Assembly: GCF_934202705.1 (NCBI RefSeq)
Contig: NZ_CAKPYE010000008.1
Location: 12,528 to 76,527 of the forward strand
Direction: 5' to 3'
DNA length: 64,000 nucleotides
From: an uncultured Limosilactobacillus sp.
GTDB taxonomy: Bacteria > Bacillota > Bacilli > Lactobacillales > Lactobacillaceae
Shown here one piece after another: positions 8,914 through 17,528 of the stretch. Within the stretch, counting starts at the first letter, position 1; each line of letters opens with the position of its first letter. The position numbers were made by a program, and so were the translations under genes. The notes beneath the pieces were generated by a model. It did no database searches. It saw nothing but the letters and a program-made list of their open reading frames with translations, and had not been told where the DNA came from.

Positions 8914-9415
8914 GAATGTGTACCTTAAAGATATTGCAGAAATAGTAATGGGACAATCACCTAAGTCGACCTTCTATAACAATGAAGGGGATGGAATGCC
9001 TTTTTTACAAGGTGTAAGAACATTCGGTGAAAATTACCCGCAAATAGATACCTATACTACAGCTTTTAATCGAGTAGCTAGCTCAGGCGAGATCTTATTT
9101 AGCGTTAGGGCTCCGGTTGGTAGAGTAAATTGGGCCAATCAAAAAATAGCTATAGGTCGTGGATTAGCTAGCATAAAGGTAAAAAATGGTTATTCAAAAG
9201 AATATCTATATTATTTTTTTAAGAGAATAGGAGATCACTTAGATTCGATAGCAACGGGAACAGTATTTACGTCGATAAATAAGAAAGAATTAGAAGAACT
9301 TAAAATAAAAATTCCAGTTGAATTATGCGATCAAAAGAGAATAGCGAGATACTTAAGAAAAATTGATTTAAAAATTGAAAAGAATAATCAGATAAATGAT
9401 AATTTAGCGGCTTAA
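8903..9415 (+). CDS. hsdS: Type I R-M specificity subunit, half-length (TRD1-A plus central conserved region, stops 3 codons after NNQINDNL)
   Basis: ATG 8903 lies 7 nt after aaggag and overlaps the hsdM 3' end. One TRD plus ...KIEKNNQINDNLAA*. Compare the full-length paralog at 13232..14341, which continues NNQINDNLLELID... Confidence 0.85.
   Translation: MRYRNVYLKDIAEIVMGQSPKSTFYNNEGDGMPFLQGVRTFGENYPQIDTYTTAFNRVASSGEILFSVRAPVGRVNWANQKIAIGRGLASIKVKNGYSKEYLYYFFKRIGDHLDSIATGTVFTSINKKELEELKIKIPVELCDQKRIARYLRKIDLKIEKNNQINDNLAA
9383..9406 (+). repeat. 24-bp direct repeat, copy 1 (hsdS central conserved region, aataatcagataaatgataattta)
   Basis: The identical 24-mer occurs at 9383, 11546 and 13709 (spacing 2163 bp). 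Its last 14 nt (9393-9406) are an inverted repeat of 10018-10031. Confidence 0.95.
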
Positions 9416-10031
9416 AAGAATTTATTTAGTAAGTTTTTCTTTAACTTGACTAATTCTTTATTTTCAGTACTATTCGTATGAATTTGATCAAATATTGGCT
9501 GAGCAATGTTATTAAAACCATCTAATAAATCTTTTGTACTAGGTATTTTAATTTCTATGTTGCTAAAATCTGATTTATTTAAATTTTTGATAGTGGTACC
9601 ACCACTACCAAGATTTCCAATTTTATTTTTTAAGGATCTTAACTCAAGAAATACCCAATAGGTGTATTTATCATCAAGAATTAATGAATTAATCTGCTGA
9701 TTAGTTTGAACAGCTCTACCTGCTAATGAAACCAATCCTGGTGTTCCTATGCAACTAACCATTATTGTATTAGCAGGCAAATATTTATTTTTTTGTAAAT
9801 TAGCTCCCAATATAGAAAGATTTTGTGTGGTTTCATCTATAAATACTTTATTATGCATATCTGGAATTTTAACAAAAGGAACATCAGTGCCATAGTTTTC
9901 TCTAACCCTTGTGCTAGGTGTCTTCCCTGTAATAATATTTTTTGCTAATGCCTTTAAAGCGATTTTTCGACTAATATTGTGTCTATATTTATTCCAAATT
10001 AATGATATGAACTCAAGTAAATTATCATTTA
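9412..10031 (-). other. silent, promoterless inverted hsdS cassette (central region + TRD2-X + C-terminal conserved region), copy 1
   Basis: Minus-strand reading gives ...NDNLLEFISLIWNKY...GKTPSTRVRENYG...(TRD)...LKKNLLNKFF*. There is no TRD1 or credible start. The N-terminal 40 aa of track ORF 9412..10149 is antisense to the recombinase start region. Confidence 0.8.
10010..10031 (-). repeat. 22-bp inverted repeat (reverse complement of taaatgataatttacttgagtt), copy 1
   Basis: aactcaagtaaattatcattta is the exact reverse complement of 13719-13740, inside the active hsdS. Confidence 0.9.
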
Positions 10032-10086
10032 ATCCACAAAGCAACTCTATGTGGTGTATTATTTTTGAAAAACGGAGAATAATACA

Positions 10087-11061
10087 ATGCAAAGAGTGGA
10101 GTCGGAGAGAGTAATTCGGGAAATGTTGCCATATCTGAATAATAAGCAACTATTGCAACTGAAAAGTATATTAAGTGAATTGATGTCTACTTCTAATAAG
10201 AATGGTGATGATTCGAAGAATAATCAGCATTTGTTGCAGAAATATTTTGCTTCTAAGCGAGCTGAAGGATGTTCTGAGAAATCATTGAAGTATTATGAAA
10301 CTACTATTACTAAGGCTTTAGGTTCAATTGGAAAAGATGCTAAAGAGATTGTTACTGATGAGTTACGAAACTATTTAACTACTTATCAACGTACTCATAA
10401 TTCTAGTAAAGTTACGATTGACAATATTAGAAGAATCCTTTCTAGTTTTTTCAATTGGCTTGAAGATGAAGATTATATTATTAAAAGCCCAGTTAGACGA
10501 ATTCATAAGGTTAAGGTGTCAACAACTGTTAAGGAGACGTATTCCGATGAAGAATTGGAACGACTTCGTGATAATTGTGCTGAATTAAGAGATTTAGCGA
10601 TGGTTGATTTTTTAGCTTCAACTGGAATGCGGGTTGGTGAATTAGTATTACTTAATCGTGACGATATTAACTTTCAAGAACGAGAATGCATAGTGTTTGG
10701 TAAAGGTAATAAAGAACGAATCGCATATTTTGATGCTCGAGCCAAATTGCATTTACAGAAATATTTATATAGTCGAACAGATGATGAAAGTGCGCTATTT
10801 GTTTCTTTGTATGAAAAGCATACTCGTCTGACTATCGGCGGGGTAGAATCACGATTAAAACAATTGGGAAAACAAGTAGGGATAGCAAAAGTATATCCCC
10901 ATAAGTTTAGAAGAACGTTGGCAACAACTGCAATTGATAAGGGGATGCCAATAGAACAATTACAACGGCTTTTAGGACATAAACGAATAGATACGACCTT
11001 GCATTATGCAATGGTGAAGCAGCAGAATGTGAAGATAGCGCATAGAAAGTATATAGGGTGA
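10087..11061 (+). CDS. tyrosine site-specific recombinase (XerC/D-phage integrase family), shufflon recombinase copy 1
   Basis: 324 aa. Catalytic signature STGMRVGEL ... HKFRRTLAT ... LLGHKRIDTTLHY (R-H-R-Y). SD ggaga upstream. Confidence 0.9.
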   Translation: MQRVESERVIREMLPYLNNKQLLQLKSILSELMSTSNKNGDDSKNNQHLLQKYFASKRAEGCSEKSLKYYETTITKALGSIGKDAKEIVTDELRNYLTTYQRTHNSSKVTIDNIRRILSSFFNWLEDEDYIIKSPVRRIHKVKVSTTVKETYSDEELERLRDNCAELRDLAMVDFLASTGMRVGELVLLNRDDINFQERECIVFGKGNKERIAYFDARAKLHLQKYLYSRTDDESALFVSLYEKHTRLTIGGVESRLKQLGKQVGIAKVYPHKFRRTLATTAIDKGMPIEQLQRLLGHKRIDTTLHYAMVKQQNVKIAHRKYIG

Positions 11062-11068
11062 TTGAAAT

Positions 11069-11578
11069 TTGAAAGTAAAATTAAAAGATCTTGTAATTAT
11101 ATCTAACGATAGGGAACAAGTTGAGAATGTTAACTTAAATAATTATGTTAGTACGGAAAATCTCCTAGCTAATAGGAATGGCGTAAAATTCCCTGCTAAT
11201 AATATGCCATCAGCTAAAACAGTTAGCACCTATAAAAAAGGAGATATTTTAGTATCAAATATAAGACCATATTTTAAGAAAATTTGGAAAGCTAAATTTA
11301 ATGGCCCAAAATCAAATGATGTAATTGCTTTTAGAACGAATAGTCCAAGATTAATGCAAGATTACTTATATGTACTTTTGCAGTCTGATAATTTTTTTGA
11401 CTATGTAACTAGCACTGCTAAGGGTACTAAAATGCCTCGTGGTGATAAAAACGCAATAAGAAATTATACGTTTGAATTACCAAACTTAAATATTCAAAAG
11501 AAAATTGCTAATACTATTTTGGTAATAGAAGAAAAAGTAAAATTGAATAATCAGATAAATGATAATTTAGCGGCTTAA
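11069..11578 (+). CDS. hsdS: Type I R-M specificity subunit, half-length (TRD1-B plus central region, ...NNQINDNLAA*), product of the duplication junction
   Basis: TTG start 7 nt after the recombinase stop. Identical over 166 aa to the N-terminal half of 13232..14341 and ends at the same gcggcttaa junction as 8903..9415. Confidence 0.8.
   Translation: MKVKLKDLVIISNDREQVENVNLNNYVSTENLLANRNGVKFPANNMPSAKTVSTYKKGDILVSNIRPYFKKIWKAKFNGPKSNDVIAFRTNSPRLMQDYLYVLLQSDNFFDYVTSTAKGTKMPRGDKNAIRNYTFELPNLNIQKKIANTILVIEEKVKLNNQINDNLAA
11546..11569 (+). repeat. 24-bp direct repeat, copy 2
   Basis: aataatcagataaatgataattta, identical to 9383-9406. Confidence 0.95.
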
Positions 11579-12194
11579 AAGAATTTATTTAGTAAGTTTT
11601 TCTTTAACTTGACTAATTCTTTATTTTCAGTACTATTCGTATGAATTTGATCAAATATTGGCTGAGCAATGTTATTAAAACCATCTAATAAATCTTTTGT
11701 ACTAGGTATTTTAATTTCTATGTTGCTAAAATCTGATTTATTTAAATTTTTGATAGTGGTACCACCACTACCAAGATTTCCAATTTTATTTTTTAAGGAT
11801 CTTAACTCAAGAAATACCCAATAGGTGTATTTATCATCAAGAATTAATGAATTAATCTGCTGATTAGTTTGAACAGCTCTACCTGCTAATGAAACCAATC
11901 CTGGTGTTCCTATGCAACTAACCATTATTGTATTAGCAGGCAAATATTTATTTTTTTGTAAATTAGCTCCCAATATAGAAAGATTTTGTGTGGTTTCATC
12001 TATAAATACTTTATTATGCATATCTGGAATTTTAACAAAAGGAACATCAGTGCCATAGTTTTCTCTAACCCTTGTGCTAGGTGTCTTCCCTGTAATAATA
12101 TTTTTTGCTAATGCCTTTAAAGCGATTTTTCGACTAATATTGTGTCTATATTTATTCCAAATTAATGATATGAACTCAAGTAAATTATCATTTA
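11575..12194 (-). other. silent inverted hsdS cassette (TRD2-X), copy 2
   Basis: Translation identical to copy 1 (track ORFs 9412..10149 and 11575..12312 are identical). Confidence 0.8.
12173..12194 (-). repeat. 22-bp inverted repeat, copy 2
   Basis: Equals 10010-10031 shifted by 2163. Reverse complement of 13719-13740. Confidence 0.9.
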
Positions 12195-12249
12195 ATCCAC
12201 AAAGCAACTCTATGTGGTGTATTATTTTTGAAAAACGGAGAATAATACA

Positions 12250-13224
12250 ATGCAAAGAGTGGAGTCGGAGAGAGTAATTCGGGAAATGTTGCCATATCTG
12301 AATAATAAGCAACTATTGCAACTGAAAAGTATATTAAGTGAATTGATGTCTACTTCTAATAAGAATGGTGATGATTCGAAGAATAATCAGCATTTGTTGC
12401 AGAAATATTTTGCTTCTAAGCGAGCTGAAGGATGTTCTGAGAAATCATTGAAGTATTATGAAACTACTATTACTAAGGCTTTAGGTTCAATTGGAAAAGA
12501 TGCTAAAGAGATTGTTACTGATGAGTTACGAAACTATTTAACTACTTATCAACGTACTCATAATTCTAGTAAAGTTACGATTGACAATATTAGAAGAATC
12601 CTTTCTAGTTTTTTCAATTGGCTTGAAGATGAAGATTATATTATTAAAAGCCCAGTTAGACGAATTCATAAGGTTAAGGTGTCAACAACTGTTAAGGAGA
12701 CGTATTCCGATGAAGAATTGGAACGACTTCGTGATAATTGTGCTGAATTAAGAGATTTAGCGATGGTTGATTTTTTAGCTTCAACTGGAATGCGGGTTGG
12801 TGAATTAGTATTACTTAATCGTGACGATATTAACTTTCAAGAACGAGAATGCATAGTGTTTGGTAAAGGTAATAAAGAACGAATCGCATATTTTGATGCT
12901 CGAGCCAAATTGCATTTACAGAAATATTTATATAGTCGAACAGATGATGAAAGTGCGCTATTTGTTTCTTTGTATGAAAAGCATACTCGTCTGACTATCG
13001 GCGGGGTAGAATCACGATTAAAACAATTGGGAAAACAAGTAGGGATAGCAAAAGTATATCCCCATAAGTTTAGAAGAACGTTGGCAACAACTGCAATTGA
13101 TAAGGGGATGCCAATAGAACAATTACAACGGCTTTTAGGACATAAACGAATAGATACGACCTTGCATTATGCAATGGTGAAGCAGCAGAATGTGAAGATA
13201 GCGCATAGAAAGTATATAGGGTGA
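12250..13224 (+). CDS. tyrosine site-specific recombinase, copy 2 (identical translation to 10087..11061)
   Basis: The 324-aa translation in the track is identical to copy 1. Confidence 0.9.
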   Translation: MQRVESERVIREMLPYLNNKQLLQLKSILSELMSTSNKNGDDSKNNQHLLQKYFASKRAEGCSEKSLKYYETTITKALGSIGKDAKEIVTDELRNYLTTYQRTHNSSKVTIDNIRRILSSFFNWLEDEDYIIKSPVRRIHKVKVSTTVKETYSDEELERLRDNCAELRDLAMVDFLASTGMRVGELVLLNRDDINFQERECIVFGKGNKERIAYFDARAKLHLQKYLYSRTDDESALFVSLYEKHTRLTIGGVESRLKQLGKQVGIAKVYPHKFRRTLATTAIDKGMPIEQLQRLLGHKRIDTTLHYAMVKQQNVKIAHRKYIG

Positions 13225-13231
13225 TTGAAAT

Positions 13232-14341
13232 TTGAAAGTAAAATTAAAAGATCTTGTAATTATATCTAACGATAGGGAACAAGTTGAGAATGTTAACTTA
13301 AATAATTATGTTAGTACGGAAAATCTCCTAGCTAATAGGAATGGCGTAAAATTCCCTGCTAATAATATGCCATCAGCTAAAACAGTTAGCACCTATAAAA
13401 AAGGAGATATTTTAGTATCAAATATAAGACCATATTTTAAGAAAATTTGGAAAGCTAAATTTAATGGCCCAAAATCAAATGATGTAATTGCTTTTAGAAC
13501 GAATAGTCCAAGATTAATGCAAGATTACTTATATGTACTTTTGCAGTCTGATAATTTTTTTGACTATGTAACTAGCACTGCTAAGGGTACTAAAATGCCT
13601 CGTGGTGATAAAAACGCAATAAGAAATTATACGTTTGAATTACCAAACTTAAATATTCAAAAGAAAATTGCTAATACTATTTTGGTAATAGAAGAAAAAG
13701 TAAAATTGAATAATCAGATAAATGATAATTTACTTGAGTTAATTGATGTATATTTCTTAAAACTTTTAGATAATTCAACACTCATTGAAAAAACTATTAA
13801 TGACATTGGGAGTGTCGTTGGTGGTGGCACTCCTTCTAAGAAAAATAAAGATTATTGGAATGGTAGCATATCATGGATTACCCCTAAAGATCTCTCTCAG
13901 AATCCATCCGTTTTTACTTCGCATGGTGAAAACTTTATTACAGAATTAGGATTATCTAAAGGGAGTGCAAAGTTACTACCATCACACACAATTTTATTCA
14001 GTTCTCGAGCACCCATCGGTTATATTTCAATTGCTAAAAATAATATATCTACAAATCAGGGCTTTAAATCTATTATCCCTAATAAAAGATACTCATTTCA
14101 ATTTATTTATGAGTTAATGAAACATGAGACACAAGCAATCATAAATGAGGCTAATGGTTCAACATTTAAGGAAATATCAGGTAAAAGATTAAAGCAGCAT
14201 ATTGTTAAGGTCCCTCAAATAGAAAATATGGATAGATTCGATAAGCTAACATTACCGCTATTTAAACAAATAGAAAGTTTAGAAGAAGAAAATAGAAGTT
14301 TAGCAAAAATAAAAGAGCAATTACTAAACAAACTATTTTGA
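13232..14341 (+). CDS. hsdS: Type I R-M specificity subunit, full length (TRD1-B + central region + TRD2-Y + C-terminal region)
   Basis: 369 aa with two TRDs separated by KLNNQINDNLLELID, and C-terminal KEQLLNKLF. TTG start 7 nt after the recombinase stop. hsdR follows 52 nt downstream. Confidence 0.9.
   Translation: MKVKLKDLVIISNDREQVENVNLNNYVSTENLLANRNGVKFPANNMPSAKTVSTYKKGDILVSNIRPYFKKIWKAKFNGPKSNDVIAFRTNSPRLMQDYLYVLLQSDNFFDYVTSTAKGTKMPRGDKNAIRNYTFELPNLNIQKKIANTILVIEEKVKLNNQINDNLLELIDVYFLKLLDNSTLIEKTINDIGSVVGGGTPSKKNKDYWNGSISWITPKDLSQNPSVFTSHGENFITELGLSKGSAKLLPSHTILFSSRAPIGYISIAKNNISTNQGFKSIIPNKRYSFQFIYELMKHETQAIINEANGSTFKEISGKRLKQHIVKVPQIENMDRFDKLTLPLFKQIESLEEENRSLAKIKEQLLNKLF
13709..13740 (+). 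repeat. 24-bp direct repeat copy 3 (13709-13732) overlapping the 22-bp inverted-repeat arm (13719-13740)
   Basis: aataatcagataaatgataattta, then cttgagtt. taaatgataatttacttgagtt is mirrored at 10010-10031 and 12173-12194. Confidence 0.9.
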
Positions 14342-14393
14342 TTACTAAATTATCATTTATCCATCCAACCTAAAAGAAAGAGGTGATTAACCC

Positions 14394-17300
14394 ATGACAA
14401 GTTATTTTAATGAACAAGATGTTGAAGGAGTTGCTTTGCAATGCCTTGGTGATGTTGGTTATCAGGTGTATAAAAGTGCTAGTTATACGGGACCAAGCGT
14501 GATGATTGATGAAGAGCGAGATAATGATCATACTCAGGTTATCTTGAAAAAGAGACTAGCTAATGCTTTGCGAAAGATTAATCCCGGCTATAATGAGGAA
14601 ATTTACAAAAACGCAGTTCACCAGTTTGAACGATTAGCAGAAAGTCCAGATATGATGCTCAATAATCATAAGCTTCATCAACTTATTATCGGTGGTGCTA
14701 AGGTGAAGACATCTGACAATGGTGAAGACAGGACGTTTACCCTGTACCCGATTGACTTTAATAATGTCCATAATAATGATTTTATTGCGACTAACCAATT
14801 TACCGTCAAGCAAGGGGATCACGAGCGACGGCCAGATGTTACTCTCTTTATTAATGGCTTACCGTTAGTAACATTTGAGTTAAAAAATCCTGCTAATGTC
14901 AACGTAGGCATTCAGCAAGCCTTTGCACAACTGTCTACTTATAAATCAGAAATTCCAGAGTATATGCAATACAACGAAATTTTAATAATTTCGGATGGAA
15001 CTAATGCCCGTGCTGGTTCACTAACTGCGGGGATTGATCGTTTTATGCGTTGGCGTGAGCCAAGAGACGTTCAAGTTGATGAGTCGATGATGGAGCTTGA
15101 AATCTTAATTAAGTATATGCTTCGACCAGCTGATTTATTGAATTTAATTCAGAACTTTATTTTATTTGAAACTGACGGCGACAAGACTATTAAGATTCTT
15201 GCAGCGTACCACCAGTATTATATGGTAAACAAGGCGGTAAAACGGACTGCTAAGACGTTGAAGAACCCTGATGATGATCGAATTGGGGTCGTTTGGCATA
15301 CCACTGGTTCAGGCAAGTCATTATCAATGGTCTTTTATTCAGGGATTGTTGCACGCAAGCTTGGGAACCCAACAATCTTGGTAATTAATGACCGAAATGA
15401 TTTAGATGATCAGTTATACGGCACTTTTGCCTCGGCTCATGAATACTTACAGCAAAATCCGGATCATGCTGAATCTCGTGATGAAGTGCGCGAGTACATG
15501 AGTAAAAATTCTGGCGGGATTGTCTTTAGCACCATTCAAAAGTTTTCGCCTAGTTTTGAAGCTGGCGAAGAGCAGATGCCCGTATTAACTAATCGATCAA
15601 ACGTTATTGTCATGGTTGATGAAGCTCACCGTTCACAGTATGGAATGGAAGCAAAATTTACTGATAATGGTATTCGTTATGGCTATGCTAAATATTTACG
15701 GGAAGCCCTTCCCCATGCGTCATTTATTGGCTTTACTGGGACACCAATTAATAAGGCAGATAAATCGACAGTTGCAATGTTTGGTAATTATATTGATGTA
15801 TACGACATTACCCAAGCAGTTAACGATCACGCGACAGTTCGAATCTATTATGAAAGTCACGTGTTCCCGCTAAAGCTAAAGAAAAATGCAATTGCGGAAT
15901 ATCAGAAGTTAATCAAAGAAGCGGGGATTAATGATGATCCTAACCTGCGAGAAAATGAGCGGCGTAATCGGGCTTTCACTCGCTTAGAAGCTCTTGCTGG
16001 TGCTAAGCCACGTTTAGAGAAGATTGCCCAACACTTCGTTCACCATTTTGAAGCTCGTCAAAAAGAAGAATTTGGGAAGTCAATGATTGTTGAAATGTCC
16101 CGTCGGAATGCAATTAAGCTCTATAATGAAATTATTAAGCTACGACCTGAATGGGCAAGTGATGATATTAATAAGGGTAAAATCAAGGTTATTATGACCT
16201 CTAATGCTTCTGATGGTCCAGAGTTTGCTAAATTTAAGACGAGCAAGCAGGATCGTTTTACGCTGCAAAAACGGATGAAGGATAATCATGACGAACTACA
16301 AATTGTGATTGTCGTTGATATGTGGTTGACTGGCTTTGATGTGCCTAGTATGAATACAATGTATATTGATAAACCGATGCAGGGTCATAACTTAATTCAA
16401 GCAATTGCCCGGGTTAATCGGGTCTTCAAAAATAAGGATAGCGGCTTAATCGTTGACTATATCGGTATTGCCGATGCCCTTAAATTTGCTTTGAACGTTT
16501 ACTCGAAGGACGATCAAGGAAAAGTCGGCATCAATGTTGATCGGGCATTAATGTTGTTAAAAGAAAAGTACGATATTGTTAAAGAGGACTTCTTATACGG
16601 AATTGATTACTCTGGCTATGATTCAGAAGATAAGGCAACTAGACAAAAGGCAGTTAATAAGGCAGTTAATGAATTAGAAGCCGAGGACGATGAAACTAAG
16701 CAAAAATTCTTTGACGTTGTTACAGAATTGCAAAAAGCTTATGCCTTAGTATCAACTCAGCCCGAAGCCCAAGAATTAGGTGCTGAGATTGCCTTCTTTA
16801 AGATTGTAAAAGTATCGCTTACTAAACTTGATGCTACTGCTGAATATGATGGTAGCAATGGTGATCATCCCCATTCAGCGGTGGATTATCGAATGCAACA
16901 GTTATTAGATCAATCAATTATTTCCGAACCGAATGTGGATATTTACCGCGATTTAGGACTAGAACGGCCAAACTTGGATTTAATCTCTGATCAATTTTTG
17001 AAAAAAGTAAATGAGATTGAAGAAAAAGACGTTGCCGTTGCGTTACTTGAAAAGCTATTAAAAGGGCAAGTAAAGGCTTATCAGCGGACGAACATTGTAA
17101 AGGGTAAGAAGTTTGAAGAGCTACTACAAAAGTCGATTGACGATTACAATAAGCGGGGAATCACCAGTGAAATCGTAATCCGTAAGCTGATTGATATGGC
17201 AAAGGAAATCAATAAGGAACAACAGGAAGGAAAGAATCTGGGCCTTTCTAAAGAAGAAGTTGCTTTCTATGATGCCTTAGCCGATCATGAAAAAGCGGTT

Positions 17301-17528
17301 CAAGAATTAGGCGAGAAGAAACTACATTTAATTGCGGCAGAATTAGTTAAAACAGTTAAACAGCAGGCTGGTGTTGACTGGCAAAGACGGAGTAACGTTC
17401 GAGCAAAGATGCGGGTAGCTGTTAAACATTTATTACGTAAATATGGTTATCCACCTGACATTGCACCAGATGCCATTAAAACTGTAGTAAGTCAAGCAGA
17501 GCAAATGGCAACTAATGAAAATAATTAA
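14394..17528 (+). CDS. hsdR: Type I restriction enzyme R subunit (helicase-nuclease)
   Basis: 1044 aa. Walker A HTTGSGKSLSM, DEAH box VMVDEAHRSQ, later helicase motifs (GFTGTP, QAIARVNR). Confidence 0.95.
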   Translation: MTSYFNEQDVEGVALQCLGDVGYQVYKSASYTGPSVMIDEERDNDHTQVILKKRLANALRKINPGYNEEIYKNAVHQFERLAESPDMMLNNHKLHQLIIGGAKVKTSDNGEDRTFTLYPIDFNNVHNNDFIATNQFTVKQGDHERRPDVTLFINGLPLVTFELKNPANVNVGIQQAFAQLSTYKSEIPEYMQYNEILIISDGTNARAGSLTAGIDRFMRWREPRDVQVDESMMELEILIKYMLRPADLLNLIQNFILFETDGDKTIKILAAYHQYYMVNKAVKRTAKTLKNPDDDRIGVVWHTTGSGKSLSMVFYSGIVARKLGNPTILVINDRNDLDDQLYGTFASAHEYLQQNPDHAESRDEVREYMSKNSGGIVFSTIQKFSPSFEAGEEQMPVLTNRSNVIVMVDEAHRSQYGMEAKFTDNGIRYGYAKYLREALPHASFIGFTGTPINKADKSTVAMFGNYIDVYDITQAVNDHATVRIYYESHVFPLKLKKNAIAEYQKLIKEAGINDDPNLRENERRNRAFTRLEALAGAKPRLEKIAQHFVHHFEARQKEEFGKSMIVEMSRRNAIKLYNEIIKLRPEWASDDINKGKIKVIMTSNASDGPEFAKFKTSKQDRFTLQKRMKDNHDELQIVIVVDMWLTGFDVPSMNTMYIDKPMQGHNLIQAIARVNRVFKNKDSGLIVDYIGIADALKFALNVYSKDDQGKVGINVDRALMLLKEKYDIVKEDFLYGIDYSGYDSEDKATRQKAVNKAVNELEAEDDETKQKFFDVVTELQKAYALVSTQPEAQELGAEIAFFKIVKVSLTKLDATAEYDGSNGDHPHSAVDYRMQQLLDQSIISEPNVDIYRDLGLERPNLDLISDQFLKKVNEIEEKDVAVALLEKLLKGQVKAYQRTNIVKGKKFEELLQKSIDDYNKRGITSEIVIRKLIDMAKEINKEQQEGKNLGLSKEEVAFYDALADHEKAVQELGEKKLHLIAAELVKTVKQQAGVDWQRRSNVRAKMRVAVKHLLRKYGYPPDIAPDAIKTVVSQAEQMATNENN

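Larger units (their letters stand above)
9383..11545 (+). repeat. tandem duplication unit 1 (2,163 bp): silent hsdS cassette + recombinase + TRD1-B
   Basis: Track ORFs 9412, 9911, 10087 and 11069 recur with identical translations at +2163. The nucleotide lines compared by eye are identical. Confidence 0.9.
11546..13708 (+). repeat. tandem duplication unit 2 (2,163 bp)
   Basis: Same content as 9383..11545 at offset +2163, followed by a third copy of the 24-mer at 13709-13732. Confidence 0.9.

Noticed and set aside
9911-10114. 67-aa plus-strand ORFs (9911..10114 and 12074..12277)
   Set aside because: They are antisense to the silent hsdS cassette, hydrophobic and low-complexity, with no SD. 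They are duplicated only because they sit inside the 2,163-bp repeat.
9412-10149. 245-aa minus-strand ORF (and its duplicate 11575..12312) taken at face value as an expressed gene
   Set aside because: Only the part from the central NDNL region onward is HsdS-like. The N-terminal ~40 aa is antisense to the recombinase start region, and there is no TRD1 and no SD. It is better interpreted as a silent recombination cassette.
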